Origin: Lama guanicoe
Lineage: Eukaryota
Direction: 5' to 3'
Assembly: GCA_013239625.1 (NCBI GenBank)
Contig: MU053652.1
Span: forward strand, 5,447,902 to 5,511,901
DNA: 64,000 nucleotides
Each line of letters starts with the position of its first letter. The stretch's first letter is position 1. Below the pieces are notes generated by a model. The model saw only the letters and a program-made list of their open reading frames with translations, did not search any database and was not told where the DNA came from. Position numbers and translations under genes: made by a program. This document shows, one piece after another, positions 48,885-63,264 of this stretch.

Positions 48885-49890
48885 TTTTTCCTTTTGTCTG
48901 TCTTTGACCTGAATGCTTTTGGAGAGCATTGACCTATATTTTGCAGAATGTCTTTTGATTTGCATTTTTAGATGCTTTCTCATGATTTAATTCAGGTTAT
49001 GCGTTTTTGGCAAGAATATTACGAAGTGATATAGTGTCCTTTTCCATGCGTCGTATTGAGAGGCACATGGCATTAATTTACCCCATTACTGGTGATGTTA
49101 ACTTTAATCGCTTGTTGATTAAATGTTTGCCAGTTTTCTCCGAAAAGTTACTCTTTTCTCCATTGTAATTATGGATCTTGTGGAGAGATACTTTTGGGAC
49201 TCTGTACAGTCGTCCCTTGGTATCCAAAGGGGATTAGTTCCAAGATGCCCATGGATATGAAAATCCTAAGATGCTCAAGTTCCTTCTAGGAAATGGTATA
49301 ATATTTGCATATAATCTATGCACATCCTCCCACATACTTTAAATCATCTCTAGATTTCTTATAATATCTAAAACAATGTAAATGCCACGTAAATGGTTGT
49401 GCATACAATGTAAATGCTATGTAAATAGTTGCCAGTGTCCAGCAAATTCAAGTTTTCTTTTTGGAACTTTCTGGAATTTTTTTTGTGAATATTTTTCATC
49501 CATGGTTGGTTGAATCCGCAGATGTAGAACCTAAGGATATGGAGGGTCACCTATAACTATCCTGTCTCTCATCAGATTTTCACCCACAGATTTTAGCATG
49601 TGTTAATGATTCTTGTCTGAAATAATTATTACTGTGGTATCTACCAAATAGGTGTTCTATTTTTATTATTCCTTCATCCAACATTTATTAGTTGGAAATC
49701 TACCGTAATGAAGAATTTTCTCTTCACTCTATTTATTTATATCACTATGAGCTCTTGGATTCTTATTTTAGTCCGTGGGTTATAACCATTACTGTCCATT
49801 TTGGGTGTTTTTGCTCCAATTGTCTCAGATCTGACCATTGGGAACCCCTTCAAGTTGGCTACTGTGTCCTTTTAACATATTTGAAACTGT
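48885..49890 (-). mobile_element. L1MC/MD-type 3' fragment, interrupted by MER2
   Basis: tttggcaagaata, ccccattactggtgatgttaacttt, gatctgaccattgggaaccccttcaagttggct. Confidence 0.8.
49207..49553 (+). mobile_element. MER2-like TcMar-Tigger element
   Basis: TA|cagtcgtcccttggtatcc...ggttggttgaatccgcagatg...ggatatggagggtcaccta|TA with TA target duplication. Confidence 0.9.
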
Positions 49891-51119
49891 TTCTATTTGA
49901 AACAAGGACATGCTAAAAATATTCATTCAAATCCTAAAAAGATACAAATCTGGAGACTCCTGGAGGCTCTTTCCTGTTCCTCTTTTAATAGCTTCAAAAG
50001 AAGCTGGCTTTCTGGATCCAAGACAGCTTCACAGAGGAGTAGGCCATCCCAGAGGCTGACCCCAGGAAGGTCCCCTTTTCTAATAAGGCCATCTTGTCCA
50101 CCATGCAGGTCTCATGGCTTTATAGGTGTCTAGATCTTTCCAGGGCCCTTTCAATGCCTCTATAACTATACAAAGGAGCACAGACACAGGGTCCTCCCTT
50201 TGGTGCACTTTCCATGATGTGTCTGGCTCTGCATGACCCAAGACTGTCTCTTGGCAGGATAGCAAGAGGGCGGAGCACATAACGTCTGCTGCTTCTTTGC
50301 CTGTAAGTTTTCCCTAAAAACCTTATTTTGCACTCACATCCTGTAGTATCCACAACCTGTTTTCATCACAGATCAACCCTATCATTTAGATATATTCATG
50401 TAATAATTTTAAAGAATATTAAAATTTTCCCCATGATGAAATTATTCTAAGTACCTCACTAGACTTAAGCTGTGAAAGTTTTAACAATATTATATGTGAC
50501 ATTCTATACTGATTTACAGCATTTCTACATTTTAATGGCATAAAGATGAACAACTACTCAAGCATAACATTATGAAAGAATGAAAAATGGATGAAAGTGA
50601 CAGTAAGTCAACAGTTAATCTAAGCACAATGTACAATGAAAAATCACCCAGTCCAAATTATGTTTTGAGGAACTTTAGATTATTCCAAGCATGGACTATT
50701 AAGAAGGTAATATCAATACATATTTACCAGTTTTTATGGCAAAAATGTTTTGTTCAACTTAATTGCTTTTAATTTTTCATCATTTATTTATTAGGGCTTC
50801 ACTTTTTTTAAAAAGGATTTTTTAAGAATTGAGGAGGATCACAGTAACAAATTCTTTCTGTACAAGAATATTCATATTTTGGAAAGACTTGCTTTAGCTT
50901 TTCAAGGGCCTTACAGACCCTAATGAGTATGAATAATGGCGTTTAAAGGGGCCAGAGGTTTTGTAAAGTGAAAGGAGGCAAAGAGAGATGCTAAGAGGGA
51001 AAGGAGAAAAAGGAGAGACATTTCAAGGAGGAAAAGCTAACATCTATTCAGGGTCAAAGTCACATTGGCTCTGTCAGGGCTGAAAGTTGCGAAAGCCATC
51101 TTGATTTGGTTAGATTATG

Positions 51120-51360
51120 TAGTGTACGTGGTGATGTGGCCTGGTGGAGTGGGCTGAGGCTCTGAAACCACACAGACCTGAGTTTAGTTCCAGCTCCACA
51201 CTCTTGAGCCACATGACCTTAGACAAGCTCCCGAACCTTCAAGGAGTCTTACGAAAAATGGCAGTGTTTGCAGTACCAAATTGGGTAATATTCCTAAATA
51301 GCTCAGCATGGTGAATAGTCCATAATGAACCTTCTGTAAATGTGAGCTATTCTCATTATC
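51120..51360 (+). mobile_element. MIR SINE
   Basis: ggctctgaaacca...cagacctgagtt...atgaccttagacaag...aaatgtgagctatt. Confidence 0.7.
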
Positions 51361-52479
51361 TGAGACCAGACAATTGGGCAGTCATTTAATTATACATTTA
51401 ATATCAGCCTGAGACTGTTAGAACGGAAGTGATGCCAATGAAAGTGATCAATAGTTTTGTGGTTTTACAGAAACATGGAACAGGCTCCATTTAAATACAC
51501 AAATGAATCCAAGTTCTTAAAACATCCATGCCTGGGGCATTCCCAAGGGTCCTGCTTCTCACGAATCATCATGAACTCAGCTGTAGCTGAATCTTTGGAT
51601 TCATTAGCGCCTGAAAAGCTGATTCATAAAACACGTGCATGAAGACAATCAGGGTGGAAGAATCTTGCATTGAGGTAGAGCAGAACCATTAAGAAAAAGC
51701 TGTTACCTTTTCTCGCACAAAGTTTGACTGCTTGACGTTCAAATGAATGCAGGCTGATTTAAAATGCCTGGTGGTGTCATTTAGCTGTTTCTTAAAAAGC
51801 CTTTTGAAGACTTGACTTTAATCTCTAACTTCAGAGCCTGTGGAGCCAAACGGATGCTTTCTGGGACTCAGGGTGAGTAATGTCCTTCTGTAGCCTGGAT
51901 CATAATTCATCAAATATTGCTCTAGTGGCCTGGAAAAGGCAATATATCTCTGAGTATGCACAGGGGATGTACTTTAATGCCAGAGGATCTGGTTCAGGAA
52001 CCAAAAACATACTTAGAGCTTAAAATGAAAATCCCAATGGGAAATCCATGATTTAAATAAATTTCTAGTGGATCCTCCTCAGATCAGCTAATCATCAACT
52101 CCCAAGGTGCCATTTACGCTCAGAACGAAGCTCTTGTGCAGACAAAATTATTACTAATTTTAATTTTTCAGTAACGGCATTAACATCTTTGCTCTAACAG
52201 TAGCGACAACAGCCCAGTCTTGGTGGTATGAGTTGTTCTTGTGTTGTTGCAGATAGCTGTGGTGGCACCTGTTTTAATGTATTTCTGCATTTTTCCATGA
52301 GTTGCATGGGACAGGCATGGCCAGCCTAGACACCTTGTTATTCTTCTCCCCACAAAATGCTTACACTAGTAGGTCAATTAAGAGGAATGCTAACTTTTCA
52401 ACTCACAATTTTCCATTATATATACCTGATCACAGGGTTCAGGGTTATTGACTTAGGGGAGAGACAAGTACAGAATACA

Positions 52480-53640
52480 GATTCTTGACTTTGGACCTCA
52501 ATAGTTCAATGCTTTCTTGATACTGACAGCAGAGTCAAGGATTTAAATTGAAGAAGTTCAGGTTTTTGAAAGAGAAAAGGTATTTTGAATTCCAGAAGGT
52601 TAAGAGACTGAAAGATTCAGAGTACAAAATTCATACAATAGACAACAGACTTGGAAAGACAATGAGGGTGAGAGCTAGCTCTTCCCCTAAAAGGCTGGGT
52701 GAGAGAGGCTGATATGATTCTGGGAGAAGGGATGCCTCATCCCAGCCTCCATCATGGACTAGTAGCAGTGACACGACCGAACACTCTAGTACCTCCTATG
52801 TGCCAAATATTATTTTAAGTGCATTACATATTTTAATTCATTTACCCTCTCAACAACCTCATGCAATCCCATTTTGCAGAAGAGAAAACAGGCACTAAGG
52901 GGCAAGTGATGGGCCCAAAGTCACACATCCAGTAAATGGCAGAGCCAGTGTTTGCACACAGGCAGTCTGGCTCGAGAGTCCTTGTTTAGCAGTGACCAAG
53001 CCCTGGGTGAGGATGATAGAAAACTCAGCTTGGTCTGGAGGGTTCCAAGAGCAGGGAAGACCTGTGCCTTGCTTCCTAGGTGTAGCCTAAATGTGCATCA
53101 AATTTCATAAACACGTTGGAACAGCAGCAAACCAGAGATAGCAGCTGGGCTAGTCTAGGCAAGAAGGGATCCAGCAGTTTTGAGTCTCCTGCAGCCCAGA
53201 AGAGAGTCCACGGGAATTTTTATTGTCCCTGAGAGGACTGTGGACATAGCCCAGAGAAGTTGTGATGAGGGTTCACTGTCAGCAGAAGTGCCAGAGGCCA
53301 TAGTGGACCCGTGCACAAGGGCAGGGGATGCAGTGGAGATAGACCAGCAGGTAGAGGTGCCCTCATTGGGGGCCAGTGGAGAAGCTGACTCACTCTCCAG
53401 TGCCTGACAATGCAAATCCCTGGAACTTCACTCCCTCTCAAGAGGTTAAAAGGAAAGGGTGAAACCCTGAAATTGTCTGATTTTATCCACAAAATGATTG
53501 AAGAAACACTAATTTGAGTTAAATTAGGGAGATTAATTTTTCTGCTACAGAGAAGACTGAGAGCTTGAGATTGAAGTTAAATTCAAGTTTAGGAAAAGTA
53601 AAGGCTATATTTTTGTACCCTTGTTTATTGTAAAAACTGT
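52480..53640 (+). mobile_element. Possible ancient Gypsy-type LTR (MamGypLTR/LTR85-like), split by a MIR
   Basis: Purine-rich body with a 3' part gaagttaaattc...gtaaaggctatatttttgtacc resembling these LTR ends; from memory only. Confidence 0.4.
52770..52990 (-). mobile_element. MIR SINE
   Basis: ctatgtgcca...ctcaacaacctcatg...cccattttgcaga...cccaaagtcacaca...caggcagtctggct. Confidence 0.88.
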
Positions 53641-54353
53641 ACTCAGTATGTCATTCTACTTAAATCATATACATTCAGCACAGGAAGCCACCTTATGAAC
53701 TTTCCATACTGTTTTCAAATAGAAAGTGCTCAGTCTTGGGCCTGGACTGATGAGATGGACTCTTGATCCCTCGCTCCACATTTTCAGTGCAGACACAGCT
53801 CCTTGAAAAGCAATTTCCACTCAATTGCATTTACTTTTCTGTGGGTTGGAAGCAGTTAAGGGAAATGAAAGATATTTCGGTGCCAGTGTTATATTGGTTA
53901 TGATACCAAATTATTTCTGGATTAGAAACATTGTGGTCCATATTGTGGCAGTAAAAAGTACTTCACACCTAGTCTCTGAATGAGGCTAATGTGTCAGTTT
54001 ATAGACTTGTATCCCCTAGAATGCCTTGTAAATCTGTGAGTTGTTCCCAAGTGCTCGATTTTAAATTTGGATCCCTGAGGGAGCTGGGAAATCAAATGAA
54101 TAAATGCACGCCCATGCAAAAAGGTACCTGGTTAATCATGCGTCACAGGAACTAGAAAAGCTTTGTATTTTTTTCTGTTTCTTTCAGAAGTTTTTTTTTT
54201 TTTTTGGTTGTATTTTTGGCAGAGAAACAAAAGGAACTTGTATTTCTGAATAGAGGTGAACAAAATACCTCAATAAGAGTTGATTGGCCTTGAAAAGTTT
54301 TAAATGGCCAGAGTGGGTTTGAGATGGGCTCCAAGCAAAGAACAATCAGATTC

Positions 54354-54622
54354 TTTTCAATTTTATTTTATTTATTTATTTTTTTATTGACATGTAAAGG
54401 ATTTACAATGTTAGTTTCAGGTGTTCAGCAAAGTGATTCAGTTATACATATATATAATATATATTTTTTCAGATTCTTTTCCATTACATATTATTACAAG
54501 AAATTGAATATAGTTCCCTGGGCTACACAGTAGATCTTTGTTGTTTATCTGTTTTATATATGGTGGTGTGTACTTGTTAATCCCAAACTCCTGTTTTATC
54601 CCTCCCCCACCCTTTTCCCTTT
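54354..54622 (-). mobile_element. 5'-truncated artiodactyl-type L1 3' end with target-site duplication
   Basis: tttcaggtgttcagcaaagtgattcagttatacat...ttgaatatagttccctg. TSD aacaatcagattc (54341-54353) / aacaaccagattc (54623-54635). Confidence 0.88.
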
Positions 54623-54839
54623 AACAACCAGATTCCTATTGCTACTGCGATCATTTGATATTTACTGACACTCATCAATGCAAATAGCTCTGTCTGGGGT
54701 TTACCAGGTAACCACTTCTTGGTTTTGCTGCTAGTAAGTAAGGGCTTTGAAATCTTTTGTGTCAAAATGCTTTTCATGCAACTTACCTGCCTGGTCCTTT
54801 GCTAAATCAATCTGATGCCTGGGGGTGCGGGGAGGGCCC

Positions 54840-54990
54840 AAGTTGTTCTATGATTCCGAGCTTCAGTTTCCTCCTCATTGCTAAAATGGAACTGGTCTCT
54901 GCCACAGACACTCATTGCAGGGATGTTAGGGTCATTTATGAGTTATTATCTGAGAATTACTTTAAGTGTCTTAGGAGAAAAGCATAAAAA
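54840..54990 (+). mobile_element. MIR fragment
   Basis: gagcttcagtttcctcctc...taaaatgga...cagggatgtt. Confidence 0.55.
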
Positions 54991-57839
54991 AATGCAGGCC
55001 AGCATTACTTTCATGCGGCCAGCTAGGAGAGATTTCACCACCTAGCAGGCCTCCCTGGGAACATCCACTCAGGACACGGGGTGGTGATTCACAGGTCTCT
55101 GAACATAGCTCCCAGGTTTCACTGTCTCCTCTTCCTCACTCATGAGGCTGCAGGATCCGCGGGCCCTCAGCCTGTGACATCATCTCAGCGTTTTAGTTCT
55201 CTTGTCTGTCAATTTAGAAAAGGTGATTCACAGGATCGCCATATGGAGTGAGTAACCAGGGTGATCGCAAAGCCCTGTGCAAATACAAAGTGAAGCCCTT
55301 GGCAAATAAAAAGGCACATTTAGGGGAAGACTAAATACTCAAGCACATGCATTTTGAATGTAGAGATATGAGTATTTGTCTGTTCAACCCTTTATTTGCA
55401 GGAAATGAGTGTGTTGGCTGAACGAAAGCCATCTACAGCTCTTAAGATGACAGCTGTGAGGTACTTAAAAACATATGCTGCTCCACATTTTGTCTGCTTG
55501 ACACAGCCAGACTGAAGATTTAAAATGAGTTTCAAAGAATTTCCATGGTATTTCATATTTTGAAGGCTTTCTCATAGAGAACAAAATTATTAACAGTCTA
55601 TTTTACCACCAAGCCAACATGCCTGATGTGGAAGATCCCACCATAAGAGCAGTGTGTCCAGTGGGTGACCAGAGGTCCCCTGGACATGAAAGGACTCCCT
55701 CAATCTACAGCAGCGATGACTGTAGTCCCAGACCAGTAACAGGCCCCCAAAGGGAGCACAAATCTGAACACCGTACGTTTTGTAGACCAAGGCTTGTTCT
55801 CAATCCCGTTTTGGGGCTATAAAATAACGTTTTCTCCATTTTTTTTTTCTTAAGAGTTGGAGGTACACATTGTCTGCACTCCGGGGAGCTAGTGAACACG
55901 TGAATGTTACGGTTACCTAGTAGATCCTGATGGGCAACCCGTTGGTAAACAGGAGGCACAAACAGGTGTTTCCTTCCTTCTACATTTCCAAATTCCCCTC
56001 AAGTAAAGCCTGACGTCACTGAGGAAGATATTTTTATTCCTTAAATAGGAGTATGTCTGACACATCATGGGAGTTTCAGAAATAATTACTTTTTTGTTTA
56101 GTGTTCGATGGAGATTCCCTGACAGCAGACTCTGGGAGGCCAAAGTCCTCCCTGGAAGGTCCAAGCCATTCCTGCCGGGGCTGTCCTTGTTGGAGAGCTC
56201 CAGCCTGGACAGCTAGGAGGCCAGTTACTAATCAGCCTGTCACGGCGACATCAAGCCAGCAATGGATGAAGGAAACAAAATGGAGAGTGAGGAGGCAGAG
56301 GGGCATGGAAACTGGGGAGCTAACTCTGACATCAGGTTGTGATCAAACGTGAAGATGGGGAGAAAGAAGACCCTGGAGGCTGAGTGCCAAGATTGGGAGG
56401 GGGCATGGGTATGGGGTAGGAGTGGTCCAATGAAACAACTGGACATTAGACATATTAGAAATGTGGCCAGATGCAAACAGTAATAGGGAATAGGAACTAA
56501 ATTCAAAAGTAAAATTAAAGAGAGCCCTTTCCTGGAGCCAAGGAAAACAACGTGCCATCAACTATGGAGTATATAATTAACTCAGTCCCCTGCTCTGCAG
56601 TTCAACAAAGAAGACAGACGAAACAGCGTCAAGGATGTGGGATTCCAGCCCCTGAATCCTTAAATATGCAGCTAGGAGTATTCGCATGAATGGGGATTTA
56701 GCATTCTGGAGTCCTCTGATACGTGCCAGAAGGAAGCAAGCTCTCTTGGACTGGGTCTTAGTGCCACTTCTAAGATAAAATGGCTCAAAATAGTCACTTT
56801 CTTTTGTTCCATTAAATAGGCTACACTTAATACCCACCAAAGCATCAGGACACGGCTACTAGTTGCAACTCTGTAATTGAACCAAATAGATCAAGTGTAG
56901 GATTTAGACTAAATGATTGATCAGAGTAACATTTCTATTATTTTTGAGGTTTTAAATACCACCCTTTTTGAAGCTGCCTCAGATTGAGGATTAAAGGTGA
57001 AAACATTAATTAAAATATATATAAACCAGAAAGAGCAACTCTGTTAAAAGGATTTCAAATGGCAGACAAAAGCCCATTAAATAACATATTAATACGAATG
57101 AGCATATTCATCAGAGTTGGAACAGAAATATGGGATTCCATCCTGCTATTTCATTTGAGAGTCTGAATTCTTTTCCTTAATGTTTAGTGTCTTACGACAT
57201 TCTTGGAGGACAACTTTATCCGTCTCCCTTTTTTCTTCCCTTTCACCTCTTTCTGTTGTCACTTAGAACAGTTTCTCCTAGAACAGTTTGAGTCATGAAC
57301 AGAGGTGGATAGGAATCAGAATAAGATAAGAGCCTTTTTTTTTTTTTGCCTAAGTTGACTTTTTTCCCCCCATTTCTTCCCATTTACAATAAATAATAAA
57401 TAAATAAAAGGAAATAGTGAAAATCATTCCAGTGGCATGTGGACAGTATTATCTTCTATTTGAGGGATGGTCTCTCCATTTTCAGTTTTTGTTCCATGAA
57501 AAGTTGACCTTTTAACAGCAAGTGATATTTCCTTCCATTCCCTGCCATACAACCAGAAGAAGGTATCCTTTTGCAAGTAATCTGGTGTCCAAGATTTTGT
57601 GAAAGGATATCGTGTCTAACACAGCTACAAATTTCAGGTTATTTATCCATGCTTTTCAAAATCTGTGAGAAACTAGGGCAGATCTCTACTCGACAGCATT
57701 TTTGTTGGATTACTGCACTGACTTGATGGTAAGAAAACAAAATTTCTAACAGTATCTTTGAATTTTAATTGTCCTTCCCTCAGTAAGAGAAAAATGGTAT
57801 AGCCAGACTCAACGGCTGTATTGCAATGTCTATAGAAAT

Positions 57840-57990
57840 GTGTAGGTGGCAAAGTACTTTCCAATACATCAACTTGTTTAATCTTTGATGATGGGGAACA
57901 GGACTGCCAAAGGCTTTGCCTAGGGTCACACAGCCAGCAGGGAGCAGGTCAGGATCATCAGCTTTCAAATCTTTTATTTCATGGTTCTTT
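57840..57990 (-). mobile_element. MIR fragment
   Basis: gatggggaacagg...tttgcctagggtcacacagccag. Confidence 0.65.
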
Positions 57991-58489
57991 GGTGCATCTT
58001 AAAGTTAGAGTGAACTTGAACATGGTAAACATAAAGTCCTTAGCTCTTCCAGGCTCCTTAGTTGGTCACATCACCATTTGTGGCAGTTTTAGCTCCTTCA
58101 CAGGCCTTTCCTTTTCTTTGGGAAACCCCCCAACATTTTTCTCTCTCATTTTTTCTATTTTTTTTTCCTGTGAGAATTTTGATATTTTTATAATTTTGCT
58201 TTGGTTATTTGGCTATGAATAACTTGTCTAATTTAAAGGTTGGCAGTGATGTCTCAGCAAACACAGTGACTATACTCAGGAATTCCTGCAAGTGAGAAAA
58301 ATCTATCTTATAAGTTGTTTTCTGCTATAATGAAGATTTTAAGTATATTAGATTCAATAACGAATAGAACCATAATGAATGAATGAATGAATAATACTCT
58401 ATATGCTAGATATTTTACAAAGCATTTGCTTTTATTTTGCAGGGTTTTAGTCATATCTTTTTAGGGATGACATATTTTCATAGGTCTTC

Positions 58490-58650
58490 AAAAAGCACAT
58501 TTTCAGTTTTCTCATCCATAAGTTGGGTATAATAATAGCACCTGCCTCATAAGTTTGTTATGAAGGTTAAATAAATTTCAATTAATAAACTTAAATCTCT
58601 CAGAATAATACTTAGCACAGAAAATGGAATAATGATTAGTTAGCATTATT
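58490..58650 (+). mobile_element. MIR fragment
   Basis: cagttttctcatccataa...aataatagcacctgcctcataagtttgttatgaaggttaaat. Confidence 0.8.
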
Positions 58651-58904
58651 TTCCTATTAGACAAAAGAGCTTTCCTTGTGCATCTCATGACAAACAAATT
58701 TGTAGGGAGCCAGTAATTTGGCAACTTGAATCCTTATATAATCCACGACTACTAGTTTATGCTGAATTCCCAAATAATTTTGGAAATTAGCTCTTAAGAA
58801 ATGGTACAGTTTAGGAGAAGAGACTATATAAGGTAACTGCAGTCAAATATAGCAAAAATATTTATGGGAATGTTTTAAAGAAAGGCAAAAATCCACCCTT
58901 TCCA

Positions 58905-59150
58905 GTACAGTAGAATAGAGTAAGACAATTTCAAATCTTGGCTTTGAGTTTCTGCCTTGTGTGATCTTGGATGAGTTATCCGAGTTCTGGTAGCAACCCA
59001 TTCCTTCGTCCATAAGATGGAGATATTAATAGTGTGCACATTATACCATCATCGAGGGTCTGGGGAGGATTAAATGAGTTAGTGCCAAAGTACTTAGCCC
59101 AGGGCCTGGCACAGGGTGGTGGTCAAAATGTTGGCCATTAGCATTACGAC
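58905..59150 (+). mobile_element. MIR SINE
   Basis: tgtgtgatcttggatgagtta...gaggattaaatgagtt...cttagcccagggcctggcaca. Confidence 0.8.
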
Positions 59151-60619
59151 TGTGAGCTCGGGACAGGAGCCCAGAGACTGGTCCCTTCTTTAGCCCATCC
59201 AGCCCTGGTGCTCACTCACCCTCTTTTATCCTGCGTACACCAGTGTTTTGCACCCTTTATAAGTCTTGCCTACAGTTGATTAAAAAATTTGCCCCTTTCT
59301 GTCTCTTTTTTCTGAAGTTCCAACACCTGTCTAGGGGTGACCCTCTATTTGAGGATCACTCTTTATTCTCATATTTCTTCCAGCCAAGGAAATGTTGTCA
59401 AGCATTGGGTTGCTTGCTATAGTTTCTATTATTAAAAACATATACACACATACATCTATACTTGAATGATATATACACAGTTTCTATAATATAAAAATAT
59501 GATATTGAACAAAAATTTAAAAACTCTACAGTTATACTTTCTGATTTTTTTATCCAGTTTGTCTGAAACATAGGCTACCTGAAGTAAGAGACGAAGTACA
59601 AAGGATATTATCCAGTTCAGTTGGTCACAGGTTGGGAAATACCCAAGTTTTCCAAGGCAATTTACTAATTGTCTGACCAAAAAAACCCCACTCATATTTT
59701 ACTGCATAACTAATATTATCATAAGTCACTTGTTTGAACACTTTTGTCAAAAATAATTTATTTTCCTTTTAAGAGAGTTATACCTGCCCTTGATAATTAA
59801 ATTTCTAAGTACTTTTCTTTTTTCTTTGTACGATGATTTTCTATATTAACCCCAACTTCTTTTATTTAAATGTGGAATTTGTGAGTCAAATATGGCAAAC
59901 GGTATAAAATGCAAAATTATCTTTAATTCATTATAGTTTTATTCATTTCTGTAATAGGCTTCATGGTGGGAAAGTATTGACTTTAAGTCAATTAATTTAG
60001 AAATGGTTCCTATTTCCAAGATGCAGCTTTGAGCCTAACCTGGTCTGTGGTTCACCACTTTTAAGCATGGGTGAGCCTCAAATAAAGTTTGTTCAAACTG
60101 AAAGTCTGAAAATGGGGATAAAGAAAGAGGATAGAGATTGATATACCACCGAGAGGAGAACTGGACATGTAAAACAAAGTGTTCTGGGAAGGGGAAAAGG
60201 GAGAGGTCAGGGCTTCCTGTAGCGGTGTGGGTAGAAAATAAAGGAATGTTGGCATTAGAGGCCCAAATAGCATAATTAGATCTGAATCACATAGAACATT
60301 GAGATTTTTAACCCAGTCAAAGGTTAAAAGCAGTTACTTGTTACAAGAAGCCCTCTGTGCTTAAAATTCACTTTCACATTGATGTTAAATATAAAAATAT
60401 CCCTCCGTTCTTCATAGGTGTATTTCTAAGTCTTTCCCTAAAATATCCTAGACCGCACAAATGTCATGGGCTCATAAACTTATCTGCAGATTTTACATTT
60501 ATTTATTCCACAAAGATTTTTCTGAAAAATAAGTTGCAAAATAAATTTTTATAAACAAAAACATTTTTTAAAAAACAGAGGCGCTTTCAATTTAAAAGAA
60601 CCCGAATAATTATTCTTTG

Positions 60620-60960
60620 ATTTGATAATTCTGTAAGTTCATCTATACTCGGTTTTAAAAATAGGCAAAACACAAAGCAAAGTTAGGAGAGCTCTGGAAA
60701 AAGAGAGAGAGAGACAACAGAAGAGTGTTCACAATGGTCACAAATGAGGGTGGGGCGAGCAGACCCCATATGTATACACACACATACTGGTCGGCAAATG
60801 CAAATACCTCTGTAAGACACACAAGAAACTGCTAACATCAGTCGCTTCTGGGAAGGAGAACAGGACAAATGGGGGATAAGGATAAAGATTTTTCACTCTA
60901 AATCCTTTGGTATTGCTTGAATTTTGAATCATATAGGTGTGTTATCTATATCCTTTCCTC
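60620..60960 (+). mobile_element. L1ME-type 3' end fragment
   Basis: acacaagaaactgctaaca...cttctgggaagg...ttttcactcta...ttgaattttgaatcat. Confidence 0.55.
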
Positions 60961-61764
60961 AAAAAAAAAAAAAGATAAAGACTGTCTTTTTGGCTTTGTG
61001 TTTTTCTGGCTAGGCACTGTTTGCCTTTGTGAAGAAACAGACCATTCTTTCATTTCTGTATAACTGTGTTTCAGATGTCTCTCGTGTGCCAGCCATTGGT
61101 CTGGGCATTAGTTTGATCACAGAAGGTCTTTCTGAAGAGGTAAGTTGTGTGCTGGACCAGCCTGTGCCAGACAGAGCAGGGAAGTGCGGCACCTCCAGGA
61201 GGCAAAGGGGATGAAGGACAAACCATCCTGGGTGAGTGACCACCGTGTGTGTATTTCCAGGCACTTGTGTGTATATGGGACCACCCCTCCCACTTTGGTC
61301 CACTTCATCGCTGACCCACACCCCCGGTGATGGTAGGGCCAGCATTTCAGCAGGTGCCAGAGAGCCATGGATCTGTAAAACCATTTCTGGATTCTATCGT
61401 TCACACCCCTGGGGTTTGCTGCTCTTTGTAGCCCCCATGAAGACCACCGCTAGCTCTCAGAAGGAGCATATTAAGTTTCCCCTCACGGCGGCAGGCCTGA
61501 GATATTCTTCCCCAAAATCAGACAGAATGTCACAAGGAGAAGAAACAAGAATTTGGGCCTCATGCTAAGAGTTGCCTGTGTGGATGCTACCTTCGTAGCC
61601 CCCAAGTAGGAGGATTTTGGAGAGATGTAGTGAGACCAGGCGAACTACGTAAGCAGCTGGTAAAATAGTGCTTGAGGAAGTGATTTTCTTGTCTACCCTC
61701 CACCCTTTTTTTCCGTTAGAGTAGGTCATAGAGTCATTTGATTTTTGATAGTTTTTTTTTCTGT

Positions 61765-61980
61765 TTATTTAGCAACTTCTCACGTCAGGTACTGCTCTCA
61801 ATGCTTTATTTGTTAATTCATTTTATCCTCTTAACATCCTTATTGCTAGTCCCACTTCACTGACACTGAAACTGAGTCATAGAGGTAAGATAACTTGCCC
61901 TTGAGCACATAGCTAATGGGCACAGACCTGGGTTCAAACCTAGGCATGTTGCCACCAGAGTCCTGCCCTTACTGACTATA
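61765..61980 (-). mobile_element. MIR SINE
   Basis: gaaactgagtcatagagg...taacttgccc...gggttcaaacctaggca. Confidence 0.85.
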
Positions 61981-63264
61981 TGGGTGAAGCAATACATTTA
62001 AACTTCCTTATTTTCCATCTCAAAGGATCTCCCTTCAGTTTGAATATTGATGCAAACACCCTTAGAAATGTAACTTGACGGTGGTGAGTGCCAGCGTTTA
62101 GATTACATTATAATTAGAAGGGAGGTAGAGAAGGAAGTTTATTAGCTTGTGTGTTCAATCAGAAGATTTGGCCTGACTTCATTCAATTTTCCAGATGAAT
62201 CAAAAAAAAAAGGAAATTATCATAAAGTAATAACTGGTTACTTCATCTCTGATTAGATAAACATGTTAATATACTGCACGCTTGTCCTCTTTGGGTATGA
62301 AATTTTAATAGTAAAGGCACCCATGAAGTTCATTATACAGTTGTCATGGAACAGCAAACAGAAGGTGGTGTGCGCAAGGTCCCCATTCAACAGCCGAGTG
62401 TTTATTCGTTCCGTGGGACACATTTTACCTTATTGCTCTATTACGCTTTATTCAGGCACGATTAGCAAGTACAATGGCCTGTAAAGAAAAATTAACTTTC
62501 AATAAAGATATCAGGAGTGAAGTAAAATATGGGAAGTTCCTACTCTTGCTTCTAGGATCCCTAAAATGTACCACCAAGTTCTAGTAGTAAAATTTCTTCG
62601 AAATACATGATGCTCCATGGCAAGGCTTTCGTGGAAAAATGAAGTGGGAGAGGATACCCTTTCCCCCTTGCTAACTGTTTCCAAATCTGTTGAAGATTTT
62701 ATGGTTCCTCCTCAAACGCCTGCCACTTCCTTCACGCACAGATGGAACACTGGACCATCTCTCCTTTAGCCGTGCAGAGTTGAGAAAACACCTTTCGCTA
62801 GGGTGTCAAGTGGCCTGAGCTGTGTGTATCTACAGCTGAACTTTGCTCTCTTGCATAAGTGTAATGACCCACGACTAGAGGTCTGCAGCTATTGCTCCTT
62901 CCTCAGACCCTGCTCCACATCCAGGGACACATGTTTGCGTCTTAATATCAGAGTAGGGTGGGATTCAGCCTGAGATCCAGGTAGAGGGGGCAGCAGCATT
63001 TAGATGTTAGCATCAGAGTGTGCATGCGCACCCATCCACACTCACATACACATATGCACGCTCTCCAGAGACTTCATGTTTAAAGATGGTTATGCAAATG
63101 TGGGAGAGCGATTTGGCAAATTGAGTCCTGTTTCATAGTTTTGTTGTAAAAGACGAGTCACTGTAACCCCGAGCAGAATCTATTCTTCTTGAAAATGACT
63201 CATCTATTAATGTTTGGACTTAAGGGAACATCTTAGGATGTATAACTGAAGTGCGTCATCACCT

